The notes: generated from the sequence alone by a model not told the origin. Counted from the stretch's first letter, positions 9,073 to 19,381 are shown. The stretch: 64,000 nucleotides of DNA from an uncultured Lachnospiraceae bacterium (GCA_934292725.1 CAKQXY010000001.1:105728-169727), one strand, 5' to 3'. Numbers and translations are program-made.

Positions 9073-9684
9073 TCAGTTCCTTTCTGTTTCATTTTCTACG
9101 TCTTTTTCACCGCACAGCGCACGATAATAATCACAGGACTTTTTTGTCAGACTGTCAATCGGAACCTTTTTTGCCTTCAGATAACGAAGTGTCTGATCCA
9201 TAATCTCGTAGACAGTGCGATCAATATCAATAAATGCCATTTGGCGCAGTTTTGACAAGTTTGACGCTTTATTTCTTCTTGGCTCAATATAGTCAGCGAC
9301 AAAAACAATCTTCTCAAGAAGACTCATTGCAGGACGTCCTGTAGTGTGATTTTCAATAGCATTTAAAATATCCTGATCTTTAATCCTATAATGGTCAGCA
9401 GCAATAAAAGCGCCTAGTTTTGCATGAAGAAGAGACGGGTTTTGCTCCTGTGCCTTTGTGATCGGAATATTGTTGCGCTTGCATTTATCAAGCTTAATAT
9501 CATCCGGAATACATTTTGCACAGTCATGAAGAAGACCCGCTAATTCTGCCTTGTGAAGATCTTCTCCATAACGCATTGCAAGACAAACAGATGTGTATGC
9601 AACACCAATTGTGTGCTCAAAACGGTCTTCATCCATCTTCTTTTTCAAGCGTCTTCGGATGTAAAGAATTTCATCATTAACCAT
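9073..9684 (-). CDS. yqeK: HD-domain hydrolase YqeK (bis(5'-nucleosyl)-tetraphosphatase family)
   Basis: HD motif (RFEHTIGVA...LLHDCAK); sits in the conserved yqeK-rsfS pair. Confidence 0.8.
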   Translation of the reverse strand: MVNDEILYIRRRLKKKMDEDRFEHTIGVAYTSVCLAMRYGEDLHKAELAGLLHDCAKCIPDDIKLDKCKRNNIPITKAQEQNPSLLHAKLGAFIAADHYRIKDQDILNAIENHTTGRPAMSLLEKIVFVADYIEPRRNKASNLSKLRQMAFIDIDRTVYEIMDQTLRYLKAKKVPIDSLTKKSCDYYRALCGEKDVENETERN

Positions 9685-9910
9685 AAAATGGATCCTCCCG
9701 TATATTATGATGTTTGGGTCAAAAGGTATTTTGCCCCAAACTGATATCCACGAATTGCTCCGTTGCTATGCAACTTTCGCAATTCTAAAAACATTCGGAT
9801 TCTCTGATTTTAGTAAGAAACAGCTCACCCGCGCCTATCATGCGCAAAACCGCCCTATCGGGCTTAATCGCTGCTTTGCAGCTGTTTTGCTTATGCGTCG
9901 GCGCTCCTTT

Positions 9911-9968
9911 CTAGCACAATATTCAGAAAAAACATGCAAGCATGTTTTATTCTGAATGACTGTGCTAG
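9911..9968. other. Long imperfect hairpin with ~25-bp arms (ctagcacaatattcagaaaaaacatgc / gcatgttttattctgaatgactgtgctag) inside a 400-bp non-coding spacer, at the position where nadD normally lies
   Basis: Inverted repeat read from the sequence; no ORF of 60 aa or more on the operon strand between yhbY and yqeK. Confidence 0.5.
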
Positions 9969-10083
9969 AATGAGCTGTTAAATCAAATCGCTGCATCCTC
10001 ATGTTTTTGCGGGTCCCAAGCTCAAAAACCTAATCGTGCAAGCACGAACGGCTTTTGGAGCTTTTGACCCTGGTATCATATTA

Positions 10084-10380
10084 TTATTTTGGAAGAACGA
10101 TCTTTCTCTTCTTCTCTTCTTTTGCCGGGCGATACAGCACGATCATCTTTCCGATTACCTGTACAACTTCTGCACGTGTACGCTCTGCTAATACCTCAGC
10201 AATAGAGGAACCATCATCAAAACAATTCTTCAATACATGAATCTTAATCAGTTCACGTGCTTCTAACGCTTCGTCTACTGATCTGGTAATTTCTGGTGTC
10301 AGGCTTGACTTTCCAATCTGAAGGATCGCAGACTGATCCATAGCCAGACTCTTTAAATATGCTCTCTGCTTACTTGTCAT
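10084..10380 (-). CDS. yhbY: YhbY/CRS1-type RNA-binding protein (CRM domain)
   Basis: 98 aa; MTSKQRAYLKSLA...IQIGK...; lies downstream of obg as in other Firmicutes. Confidence 0.8.
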   Translation of the reverse strand: MTSKQRAYLKSLAMDQSAILQIGKSSLTPEITRSVDEALEARELIKIHVLKNCFDDGSSIAEVLAERTRAEVVQVIGKMIVLYRPAKEEKKRKIVLPK

Positions 10381-10398
10381 TTAAAGTCTCCTTTTTCT

Positions 10399-11688
10399 TT
10401 ACTCATGATAATAATCAAAGTGCTGACCATACATCTTAACAGTATCGCCATCTTCGATTCCAAGATCCTCAAGCTCCTTTAAGATTCCTGTCTCCTTTAA
10501 GAAGCGCTGGAAGAAAGTAAAGCCCTTCTCGGAATCTAAGTTTGTATAGCCAAGCATCTTTTCAATACGAGGTCCTTCAACGGTAAATACATGTGCATCT
10601 GTTTTTTCTACTGTATAAGGAAGATTGCTTCCAAGATCGTATTCCGGAACATATTCCTTTTCATAAACAGTCGGTTCTGGATCCATTGTAGACAGAAGCT
10701 GCCATACATGGTATAAAAGCTCCTTTAAGCCCTGATTTGAAGCTGCTGAAACCGGAAATACCTTTAAGCCTTCTGGTTCAAAAGTATTCTTTAAACGCTC
10801 AATAGGATCTTCCTCGCCCTCTTCTGTCTGAATAACATCAACCTTATTGGCAGCAATGACAGCTGGTTTCTTTAACAGCTCTGGATCATATGATGCCAAT
10901 TCCTTTTGAATGGTGCGGATATCTTCAACTGGATCGCGGCCTTCTGTGGAGGCTGCATCTACCACATGAATGAGTACTTTTGTACGCTGAATATGCTTTA
11001 AGAACTGGAAACCAAGGCCAATTCCTTCAGAAGCACCCTCAATAAGACCAGGAATATCAGCAAGTGCAAAACCATTTGTGCCCTCAAGGTCTACAATTCC
11101 TACATACGGATCAAGCGTAGTAAAATGATAATTTGCAATCTTTGGCTTTGCATTTGTTACCATTGATAAAATGGTAGATTTTCCAACATTTGGATATCCA
11201 ACAAGTCCAACATCTGCGATAACCTTTAACTCTAAGCGAACCCAAAGCTCCATGGCTGGCTGACCTGGCTTTGCAAACTTAGGAACCTGCATGGTAGGTG
11301 TTGCAAAATGCATATTTCCGGCACCGCCTCTTCCGCCTTTTAGGATTACTTCACGCATATTTTTTCCAGACATATCGGCAATAATCTTTCCGCTTGCCTC
11401 GTCACGGATAATTGTTCCTTCTGGAACCTTTACAATCAAATCCTGTCCGTCTGCACCATGAGAGCGGCGTTTCTTTCCGTCTTCTCCAGACTGCGCAATA
11501 TATTTGCGTACATGACGAAAGTCATTTAATGTATTCAGACCCTTATCTACTTCAAAAATAACGTCTCCGCCTCTTCCGCCGTCGCCGCCATCAGGACCGC
11601 CGGCAGCAACAAAAAGCTCACGACGAAAGCTTACATGTCCATCGCCACCCTTACCGGATTTAATGAATATTCTGGCACTATCTATCAT
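10399..11688 (-). CDS. obg: GTPase Obg/CgtA
   Basis: Glycine-rich Obg fold at the N-terminus (SGKGGDGHVSFRRE, GGRGGDV); G-domain motifs (GYPNVGKST, DIPG); C-terminal OCT domain. Confidence 0.95.
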   Translation of the reverse strand: MIDSARIFIKSGKGGDGHVSFRRELFVAAGGPDGGDGGRGGDVIFEVDKGLNTLNDFRHVRKYIAQSGEDGKKRRSHGADGQDLIVKVPEGTIIRDEASGKIIADMSGKNMREVILKGGRGGAGNMHFATPTMQVPKFAKPGQPAMELWVRLELKVIADVGLVGYPNVGKSTILSMVTNAKPKIANYHFTTLDPYVGIVDLEGTNGFALADIPGLIEGASEGIGLGFQFLKHIQRTKVLIHVVDAASTEGRDPVEDIRTIQKELASYDPELLKKPAVIAANKVDVIQTEEGEEDPIERLKNTFEPEGLKVFPVSAASNQGLKELLYHVWQLLSTMDPEPTVYEKEYVPEYDLGSNLPYTVEKTDAHVFTVEGPRIEKMLGYTNLDSEKGFTFFQRFLKETGILKELEDLGIEDGDTVKMYGQHFDYYHE

Positions 11689-11770
11689 AAATACGTTACC
11701 AATGCCTTTCTTTTGATTTTCTTTTTATATATTGTTGCTTTTTTTCTTGTTTTTATCTACATTACCCAAA

Positions 11771-11799
11771 AGAGACCGTTGCGAACGGCAACGGTCTCT
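11771..11799 (-). terminator. Perfect 12-bp-stem hairpin (agagaccgttgc-gaacg-gcaacggtctct) between rpmA and obg; a possible intra-operon attenuator or partial terminator
   Basis: Inverted repeat read from the sequence; the U-run on the minus strand is weak (TTTGGG). Confidence 0.4.
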
Positions 11800-11820
11800 C
11801 CTCGTTTCATACTATTAATC

Positions 11821-12105
11821 TTACTCAGCCTTTGGATAAACAGAAACCTGCTTCTTATCCTTGCCCTTTCTCTCGAAACGGACAACTCCATCAACCTTCG
11901 CAAATAAAGTATCGTCTCCGCCGATACCTACATTGTTACCTGGATGGATATGGGTTCCACGCTGTCTGTAAAGAATGTTTCCAGCTAAAACGAACTGTCC
12001 ATCTGCTCTCTTTGCACCAAGTCTCTTGGACTCGGAATCACGGCCGTTCTTTGTAGAACCAACACCCTTCTTATGTGCAAATAACTGAAGATTCATCTTG
12101 AACAT
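11821..12105 (-). CDS. rpmA: 50S ribosomal protein L27 with the N-terminal propeptide ([13 protein letters not shown]) that Prp removes
   Basis: Canonical L27 sequence [15 protein letters not shown]...; F-A cleavage motif. Confidence 0.95.
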   Translation of the reverse strand: MFKMNLQLFAHKKGVGSTKNGRDSESKRLGAKRADGQFVLAGNILYRQRGTHIHPGNNVGIGGDDTLFAKVDGVVRFERKGKDKKQVSVYPKAE

Positions 12106-12108
12106 GAT

Positions 12109-12438
12109 TTACACCTCCCTGAATCGGATTTTAATATACTTCTTACCATACTCCTCGGCAATACTTGTCAAACCAAGTACCATCGAGTCCAACAATAGTC
12201 TGGAATCCTTCCCGACACCATGAGGAAACGAAACAGTAAGACTGCCAGTTTTCTCATCTATCTCACCGGAGAATGTATCATCCGTAAATTGCTCAATAGA
12301 ATTTACGGTATTTTGCGCTAAAACGGAAACCGCTGCACAAATGATATCCTGCCCGTGCTCTGCATAGCCGGCATGTCCTTTTATAGAAAAACCAACATAC
12401 GCTTTGGAAGCATCCCGGATAATCTCTACCTGAATCAT
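12109..12438 (-). CDS. prp: Ribosomal-processing cysteine protease Prp (YsxB)
   Basis: 109-aa ORF between rplU and rpmA; conserved GHAG...H...C motifs. Confidence 0.85.
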   Translation of the reverse strand: MIQVEIIRDASKAYVGFSIKGHAGYAEHGQDIICAAVSVLAQNTVNSIEQFTDDTFSGEIDEKTGSLTVSFPHGVGKDSRLLLDSMVLGLTSIAEEYGKKYIKIRFREV

Positions 12439-12441
12439 TGA

Positions 12442-12750
12442 TTAAGCGTTGATCTTCTCAATCTTTAACTCAGTATAGGACTGTCTGTGACCATTCTTCT
12501 TGTGATAGCCGGTCTTTCTCTTGTACTTGTATACAATAACCTTCTTAGCACGGCCCTCGCCCATAACAGTTGCGCTTACAGTTGCTCCAGCAACAGTCGG
12601 GGTACCAATGATCATCTCACCATTGTTTACAGCTAAAACCTGATCAAAGTTGTAGGTCTGTCCAGCTTCTACTCCAAGCTTCTCAACGCGAATGACATCG
12701 CCTTCTGCTACCTTGTACTGCTTGCCACCAGTTGCAATAATTGCGTACAT
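12442..12750 (-). CDS. rplU: 50S ribosomal protein L21
   Basis: [18 protein letters not shown]... canonical L21 sequence. Confidence 0.95.
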   Translation of the reverse strand: MYAIIATGGKQYKVAEGDVIRVEKLGVEAGQTYNFDQVLAVNNGEMIIGTPTVAGATVSATVMGEGRAKKVIVYKYKRKTGYHKKNGHRQSYTELKIEKINA

Positions 12751-12838
12751 ATAGCACCTCCTAGATAATTACTCGCCAAGTACGGTGTCTGCTAAATTGC
12801 AGCGCTTAAACCTCATTGTGCGGCACACGAATAGTACT
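12751..12838 (-). ncRNA. Possible L21-operon leader RNA in the 5' UTR of rplU. This is inferred from position alone
   Basis: 88-bp structured-looking spacer between rng and rplU; Firmicutes rplU operons commonly carry a leader. Not verified. Confidence 0.2.
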
Positions 12839-14083
12839 TTAACATATCTTTAATTGTTTGTCAAGTGGCTCTCTTATTTTTTTTCGCGTAATTTCAACAA
12901 GACCGAGTGCTGTGATATCAACGATTCTTGTATGCACAGGATCTTTACGCGCAAGAAGAGAAAGTTCTTCCATCAGTGCCTCCTCAAGTGCATGATCAGT
13001 CATGTTAATAAAATCTACAAGAATCATACCAGACAAATTCCTGAGCCGCAGCTGATACAAAATCTCCTTTGCTGCTTCTAAATTAATACGGTAAAAATAA
13101 GAATCCTGATTTTCCTTTTTTCGTCCTGATGCAATTGCTTTTCCTGTATTAACATCTATTGCGACAAGTGCTTCTGTCTGCTCAATAATTAAGTAGGCGC
13201 CTGATGACAGATATACCTTACTTTTTAATGCCTTTTCAATAGTAGTATCCAAGTTGTAACATTTTCGCATAGGATATGAAGCATCCTGATAAAGCGAATA
13301 AGTTAATCCCTCACTTCCCTTACATTCATCCAAGGCATTTTTTACTTCGTTTAAAAGTTCTTCATTATCACATACAATTGATTCTAAGCCATTTAAAGAA
13401 GTATCACGGATGGCACTTATATAGGCTGGAAGCGGCTGCCACAGCAAGCTTCCACTACTGCGAAAAGCTGCTGTTGACAGTACTGTCTGAAGCTGTCTGC
13501 AGCAGACTGATATTTCATCTAATACAAGATCAGATGCTACCTCTGCAGCATTTGTGCGTACCATCACAGATAATGAAAAGCCTCTTTGACTTACAGCTTC
13601 AAAAAGCTGCTTTACTTCTTCAAGAGCCTCTGCCTCCTTAGAAATCTGTTCGCGAAATGCAGTATCTGTAATCTTCCTTGACAAAAGAATCTTTGTCTTT
13701 GGCTGTTTTCCTGCCGGCTCCATCATAACGACACAATATCGTCCTCCAATTTGAAGGGCTGAACCAGCACCAGGTTCCTTTGTCTTTAGCGCTTCCTTTG
13801 TCACCTGTACGACAATCTCATCGCCTTGTGTAATCATTCCCTCACGCTTACACGAAACGGCAACATGCAGCGGATTTTCTTTTAGTGAATAATAAAGCTT
13901 CTGATCACCTGCAGACAAAAATGCACCGCTAATGCTTGGCACTATATGATCAACCTTTGCCAAATAAATGCGTCCTAAAAATGCAGGTACACGCTCGTCC
14001 ACACTGCATTCTATAATACGCCCATCATCCCAGAGGGCCGTCAGCACACGGTCCCCCTGCATAGAAAGAAGTCGGCGGCTCAT
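12839..14083 (-). CDS. rng: Ribonuclease E/G family protein (RNase G-like)
   Basis: S1 domain followed by the RNase E/G catalytic core (ALVAIDVNTGK); lies upstream of rplU, as is conserved in Clostridia. Confidence 0.8.
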   Translation of the reverse strand: MSRRLLSMQGDRVLTALWDDGRIIECSVDERVPAFLGRIYLAKVDHIVPSISGAFLSAGDQKLYYSLKENPLHVAVSCKREGMITQGDEIVVQVTKEALKTKEPGAGSALQIGGRYCVVMMEPAGKQPKTKILLSRKITDTAFREQISKEAEALEEVKQLFEAVSQRGFSLSVMVRTNAAEVASDLVLDEISVCCRQLQTVLSTAAFRSSGSLLWQPLPAYISAIRDTSLNGLESIVCDNEELLNEVKNALDECKGSEGLTYSLYQDASYPMRKCYNLDTTIEKALKSKVYLSSGAYLIIEQTEALVAIDVNTGKAIASGRKKENQDSYFYRINLEAAKEILYQLRLRNLSGMILVDFINMTDHALEEALMEELSLLARKDPVHTRIVDITALGLVEITRKKIREPLDKQLKIC

Positions 14084-14922
14084 AATACGCTTCCCATCTC
14101 GCGAAGCGGCACAAAATGCGGTGCAACAATGCAGTCTGGTGCAGAGACTGCCGTATTAGTATAAGTCTCAAGACGGCAAATTGAAATGTCTCCAGGATTC
14201 CAGGAAAGGCCAGTCTGCTCATGATATGCCTTTAATACAAGTTCAGGCTTTAAATTATCTGTGCTTCCAGTTGATATCTGCAAAAAGATTGCCGGACCAT
14301 CTCCTGTCTCACTTTTTTCCTGTAAACAAAAATCATAAATCAGCGGACGAATATCCATTTCGCGTGTGCCTTTTTTTGTTTCCTTAATAATTACAATAGA
14401 TTCCTGCTGTAAAAACTCTTCAAAGCCTTTTAAATAATCAGCAGAGGTCATGCCAAACGTATCAAGTGGTGTGTGTTTCTCGCGAAACGTCAGGCAATAA
14501 TCGGCAGCTGCCACACAGCTCATTGCGTTTTTAGCGTCATCTGGCAATACACGATAGTCAATAATCTCCATTCCTGGAACCATAACCTCATTGAGACGTG
14601 TCAGCATTTCCTTAGAGGAACCGCTTGAATTAACCTCAAGATCAGCGTACTCACCGCAGCTTGTAATGCCTACACCAAGAGGTGCGGCGAAAGATAAAAT
14701 AGGATGCGGATTGTAACCCTGTGTATAAGCAAGGTCTACATCTGCACGGCGAAGCGCCTTCTGGAAATAACGCATTATATCAAGATGTCCGATATAGATC
14801 ATCTTTCCGTATTTAGCAAACTGAATTCTGATTTTCAAAGCAGACACCTCCTCCAAAACGCTTTGCTCCGCAGCCGGAACAGGACTGGCGGCAATTCGGT
14901 GTAATCTTCTCCTGCATTGCAC
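14080..14922 (-). CDS. Radical-SAM-associated protein of the TIGR03936/DUF2344 family. The annotated 5' end overlaps the upstream gene by about 110 nt, so the true start is probably internal (possibly GTG)
   Basis: The KIRIQFAKYGKMIYIGHLD motif is typical of DUF2344; the partner radical-SAM gene lies upstream. Confidence 0.65.
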   Translation of the reverse strand: MQCRRRLHRIAASPVPAAEQSVLEEVSALKIRIQFAKYGKMIYIGHLDIMRYFQKALRRADVDLAYTQGYNPHPILSFAAPLGVGITSCGEYADLEVNSSGSSKEMLTRLNEVMVPGMEIIDYRVLPDDAKNAMSCVAAADYCLTFREKHTPLDTFGMTSADYLKGFEEFLQQESIVIIKETKKGTREMDIRPLIYDFCLQEKSETGDGPAIFLQISTGSTDNLKPELVLKAYHEQTGLSWNPGDISICRLETYTNTAVSAPDCIVAPHFVPLREMGSVL

Positions 14923-16714
14923 GCTCCCATTCTCTCTTATAAAATGCTTTTGTCACGCCAGTATCAATGAAATCCCATGGGAATATCTCATCAAGACTGC
15001 GCTCTCTTGTATTATAAAAATCAATTGATAAGCCACATTTTTCAAAAGCAGCTGTCCAAATCTCATAGTGGAAGGTTTCTCCCCATGCATCATAAAGTGC
15101 ACCCATCTTATAGGCTGTTTCAATGGCATCAGCCACTTTTCTGTCGCCGCGTGCCAAAACACCCTCAAGAACTGTTACATATGCTTCATGCCAGTTGTAC
15201 TTGAGGCTCTTTTGGTTATGCTGCTGTTTCATTGTGTGATTTACAATTCTTGCGCGTCCCAAGTAATCCTCAGGCGAATACATTCTTGCCCACTGGAATG
15301 GCGTACACGGCTTTGGAACAAAGAAAGATGTACTCATGGTAATCTGACATTTTCCATTTCTTCTTTCCTTTGGGATCTCATAATAAGCCTCTGCCATGCG
15401 CTCTGCAAGCTCTGGTATTCCCTTCATATCCTCTTCTGTCTCAGTTGGCAGTCCAAGCATGAAATACAGCTTTACATGACTCCAACCACCCTCAAAGGCC
15501 TCTCTTGCACCCTGGAGGATCACCTCCTCAGTCAAGCCTTTGTTTATTACATCACGAAGACGCTGTGTACCTGCCTCTGGTGCAAAAGTAAGACTGCTTT
15601 TTTTGACATCCTGCACCTTACTCATAACATCAAGTGAAAACGCATCAATACGAAGTGACGGCAAAGAAATATTGATTTTTCGCTTGCTGCATTCTTCAAT
15701 TAAGAAATTGACAAGCTCCGGCAGCTTTGAGTAATCACTAGAGCTTAATGAGCTTAATGAAATCTCATCATAACCGGTATTATGAAGCATTGTAACTGCA
15801 AGCTGCTTAAGACGCTCCACATCACGCTCACGCACAGGACGGTAAACCATACCAGCCTGGCAGAAACGACAGCCTCTGATACAGCCTCGCTGAATCTCTA
15901 ACACAACACGGTCCTGCACAGCACGAATATGAGGCACAAGCGGTCTTTCCGGGTAGACTGCACCTGTCATATCGAGTACAATTTCCTTGCGCACTGTTTT
16001 TGGCACATCATCATAGATTGGTGTCATTGCATCAATAGTTCCATCTTCCTTGTAGGTGACATTATATAAAGAAGGTACATAAATGCCAGGGATTTTAGCT
16101 GCCGCATGTAAAAAGTCCTCTCTTGAGCCGCCTTCTGCGCGCCATTTTTTATAAAGATCAAGAAGTGCACGATACTGAGTCTCACCTTCGCCCATATAGA
16201 AAAGGTCAAAGAATGGAGCAATTGGTTCTGGATTATAAGTACATGGACCTCCTCCAATTACAAAAGGATCATTAATATCACGGTCAGCGCTTCTAAGTGC
16301 AATACCACTTAAATCCAAAATCTGCAGGATATTTGTGTAGCACATCTCATATTGAAGTGTGATTCCAAGAAAATCAAAACTCTTTACCGGTTCCTGCGAT
16401 TCTACAGCAAACAGTTTGATATCTTGTTCTCTCATCATTTTATCCAGATCAATCCACGGAGAATACACGCGGTCACAATATGTATCCTCAAAACGGTTAA
16501 ACATATCATATAGAATCTGGATTCCAAGATGAGACATACCAATCTCGTACACATCCGGAAAACACATACAGAAGGATACCTCTGCCTTTGATTTATCCTT
16601 ATTTGCCGCATTTACCTCATTTCCAAGATAACGGGCTGGCTGCTCTACCTTCATTAAAAGCTCATCGGACAGAGCCATCTTTACTGATGGCCTGCTAAAT
16701 TGCTTTGTTATCAT
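14813..16714 (-). CDS. B12-binding-domain radical SAM protein (TIGR03960 family)
   Basis: CxxxCxxC radical-SAM cluster motif (CIRGCRFCQAG); 633 aa; conserved pairing with the DUF2344 gene. Confidence 0.75.
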   Translation of the reverse strand: MITKQFSRPSVKMALSDELLMKVEQPARYLGNEVNAANKDKSKAEVSFCMCFPDVYEIGMSHLGIQILYDMFNRFEDTYCDRVYSPWIDLDKMMREQDIKLFAVESQEPVKSFDFLGITLQYEMCYTNILQILDLSGIALRSADRDINDPFVIGGGPCTYNPEPIAPFFDLFYMGEGETQYRALLDLYKKWRAEGGSREDFLHAAAKIPGIYVPSLYNVTYKEDGTIDAMTPIYDDVPKTVRKEIVLDMTGAVYPERPLVPHIRAVQDRVVLEIQRGCIRGCRFCQAGMVYRPVRERDVERLKQLAVTMLHNTGYDEISLSSLSSSDYSKLPELVNFLIEECSKRKINISLPSLRIDAFSLDVMSKVQDVKKSSLTFAPEAGTQRLRDVINKGLTEEVILQGAREAFEGGWSHVKLYFMLGLPTETEEDMKGIPELAERMAEAYYEIPKERRNGKCQITMSTSFFVPKPCTPFQWARMYSPEDYLGRARIVNHTMKQQHNQKSLKYNWHEAYVTVLEGVLARGDRKVADAIETAYKMGALYDAWGETFHYEIWTAAFEKCGLSIDFYNTRERSLDEIFPWDFIDTGVTKAFYKREWERAMQEKITPNCRQSCSGCGAKRFGGGVCFENQNSVC

Positions 16715-16783
16715 TCAAAATTCCTCACTTTAATCTTTTTGCTTTTCAGTAGTTCTTGTTTTTGAATATCAAATCTCTGAATG

Positions 16784-18037
16784 TCAGATTTCTTTAACTG
16801 CATACTTCTCAACAATTTTCTTTAAAATCTCAACACACAGCTCCATCTGCTCAATACATGCATATTCAAAGCGGCCATGATAATTAGCGCCTCCAGTGCA
16901 GAGGTTCGGACATGGAAGTCCCATAAAGGACAATCTTGCACCGTCTGTACCGCCGCGGATCGGAACGCTCTTAGCATTTAATCCAAGCTCTCTCATAGCT
17001 TCCTTTGCATACTCAACCAAATGCATATGAGGAAGAATCATCTCCTTCATGTTCTGATAGGAACCAGTACGCACTACCTTAAAAGATCCCTCTCCATATT
17101 TAAAATTCAGATATTCCGAAGCCTTATCAATCTCAGCTAACTTCTGGTCAAGCTTTCCGGCGTCATGATCACGTACAATGTAATGCATTGTTGTATGCTC
17201 TGAATCACCTTCGATACCGCCAAGATGATGAAAGCCCTCATAGCCATCTGTATATTCCGGATTATCAAATACTGTCAGCATCTGCTCAAATTCCATTGCC
17301 ATACGGATGGCATTTTTCATTTTGCCCTTTGCGCTGCCTGGATGGATGCCATATCCCTGCACTTCAACACGCAGATTTGCAGCATTAAAGTTTTCATATT
17401 CAATTTCACCGACAGAACCGCCATCTACTGTATAAGCAAAGTCAGCACCAAAGCCTGGCACGTCAAAATATTCAACACCATTTCCGACTTCCTCATCTGG
17501 TGTAAATGCGATGCAGATATCGCCGTGCTTTACTTCTGGATGTGCTAAAAAGAATGCTGCCATTGTCATGATCTCGGCAACACCGGCCTTGTCATCTGCG
17601 CCAAGAAGTGTTGTTCCATCTGTAGTAATAAGACTCTTTCCCTTTAATTCTGCAAGTGCCGGAAACTCATTTGGTCCCATAGAAAAGCCGCTTTCGCCAA
17701 GCTTTATTACACCACCGTCATAATTTTGTATTATCTGCGGCTTAATATCTTTTCCGCTTAATGCAGGTGAAGTATCCATATGGGCGATAAAACCGATTGC
17801 TGGAACCTTCTTATCTAAGTTAGACGGAATCTTTGCATACACATAGCAGTGATCGCTAAGACGTACATCAGAAGCTCCAATCTCCTCAAGCTCCTTTTTT
17901 AATACCTTTGCCAAGTCAAACTGCTTTTGAGTACTAGGCACTTCGCTGCTTTCATCCTTTGACTGTGTATCGTAGGAAACATAGCAAAGCAAACGCTTTA
18001 CTATTTCAGAATTCATAACATTTGTTGTTTCAGACAT
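16784..18037 (-). CDS. pepT: Peptidase T (tripeptide aminopeptidase, M20B). The start is assigned to MSETTNV, which follows a GGAGGT RBS
   Basis: M20 metal-binding motifs ([24 protein letters not shown]); N-terminal segment YVSYDTQS typical of PepT. Confidence 0.85.
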   Translation of the reverse strand: MSETTNVMNSEIVKRLLCYVSYDTQSKDESSEVPSTQKQFDLAKVLKKELEEIGASDVRLSDHCYVYAKIPSNLDKKVPAIGFIAHMDTSPALSGKDIKPQIIQNYDGGVIKLGESGFSMGPNEFPALAELKGKSLITTDGTTLLGADDKAGVAEIMTMAAFFLAHPEVKHGDICIAFTPDEEVGNGVEYFDVPGFGADFAYTVDGGSVGEIEYENFNAANLRVEVQGYGIHPGSAKGKMKNAIRMAMEFEQMLTVFDNPEYTDGYEGFHHLGGIEGDSEHTTMHYIVRDHDAGKLDQKLAEIDKASEYLNFKYGEGSFKVVRTGSYQNMKEMILPHMHLVEYAKEAMRELGLNAKSVPIRGGTDGARLSFMGLPCPNLCTGGANYHGRFEYACIEQMELCVEILKKIVEKYAVKEI

Positions 18038-18073
18038 TTTGTTACCTCCACTATTTAATATCATCTTTCAGTA

Positions 18074-18418
18074 TTATACCTGTTTTTTGTCTGGAGAGCA
18101 ACCAATATTATTTTGGAACTGCTGATAAAAGGGATCGTCTGAAAAAAACATATTTATCTGAGTTACATTTTTTTCAGATGACCCTTCACAGTCAAAAAAA
18201 ATAGAAAGCGATGGAAGCGTATTAGAAACTGTATTGTCTATGCAGCGATTTAAAAGCTGCTCTGTCTTTTGTTTTGTCCAGCCAATGCCGCGCTGAATTG
18301 GATAGGGATTAATTTTCCATAAAATATAGGCTGAGCAGGCAAGTGCCAAAAACCAAAGTATTGTTGTGACCATTTTCTCTTTTCTTCTTGGATGAAAGCT
18401 TCTATACATTTCTAACAT
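18074..18418 (-). CDS. Hypothetical small membrane-anchored protein
   Basis: One N-terminal TM helix; no recognisable motifs. Confidence 0.4.
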   Translation of the reverse strand: MLEMYRSFHPRRKEKMVTTILWFLALACSAYILWKINPYPIQRGIGWTKQKTEQLLNRCIDNTVSNTLPSLSIFFDCEGSSEKNVTQINMFFSDDPFYQQFQNNIGCSPDKKQV

Positions 18419-18475
18419 CCTTTCCTATTTTCTGACTTATTCTATGCATCAGCTAGTTTTATTTATTACAGCGTT

Positions 18476-19381
18476 TTATCGTTTACATATTACCTGTGAC
18501 AATGACGCTGCAAGCAGGCTGCCCATCTTATCTAATTCTTCATCAAGATTTTTAGGCATCACAAAGAGGTTCCCCAGCTCTGGTGCAAACACTTCTGATA
18601 TAAGCTGATAATATTCTTCCTGATCAAGCATAGCAATGCTTCCAAGAACTGTTTCATTATATCCTATATGCTTTAGAGAATCCATTGCATCCGATACAAT
18701 TGCTGCAGCACTTACAACTGTAGGAATCCCAATGGCAATCACAGGAATCTTCATGTTTTCCTTAGTTATACCTTTTCTTGCATTTCCGACACCAGATCCC
18801 GGACGAATCCCTGTATCGGTAAGCTGAACTGTTGTACCAAGCCGAAATGCACTTCTTGCTGCAAGCGCATCAATAGTTATGATGCAGTCTGGAGAAGTTT
18901 GCTGTACAATGCCCTGTATGATTTCACTGCTTTCCATTCCAGTCTGCGCAAATACACCGGGAACGATCATTGAAGTATATGAAGCCATTCCAGACTGAGC
19001 CATTTTCTCAATTGTTAATGGTCCGAGTGCATCTGCTGTCATGTTGGCGTTTCCAAGACCAACAATCAAAAAAGAATGAGCCGATGATGGAAGCAGCTTG
19101 TTTATATAGGATGCAAGAAGCTTTGTATCAGGAAGCTTTGTTATAGAATGCCCTTTATCTGCAGACTCAAGTGTCATGTAATTTCCTATGGGCCGCCCCA
19201 TGCGTTTTGCTCCATCTGCTGTTTTGATTTGTATTTTTGTAACGCGGATACATTTATCATCTTCTTTGTATTGTTCTAGTACAACGCCTGGAATCTCACC
19301 TTGCCTGCCGCTGCATTCTTCCTGAATTTCAACAGCGAGATCAGTATACATCATTGTTTTGTTGTCTTTTACATTGATCAT
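18476..19381 (-). CDS. gpr: Germination protease (GPR endopeptidase)
   Basis: N-terminal YTDLAVE motif; adjacent to rpsT and holA, as in the B. subtilis gpr-rpsT-holA-comEC neighbourhood. Confidence 0.8.
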   Translation of the reverse strand: MINVKDNKTMMYTDLAVEIQEECSGRQGEIPGVVLEQYKEDDKCIRVTKIQIKTADGAKRMGRPIGNYMTLESADKGHSITKLPDTKLLASYINKLLPSSAHSFLIVGLGNANMTADALGPLTIEKMAQSGMASYTSMIVPGVFAQTGMESSEIIQGIVQQTSPDCIITIDALAARSAFRLGTTVQLTDTGIRPGSGVGNARKGITKENMKIPVIAIGIPTVVSAAAIVSDAMDSLKHIGYNETVLGSIAMLDQEEYYQLISEVFAPELGNLFVMPKNLDEELDKMGSLLAASLSQVICKR

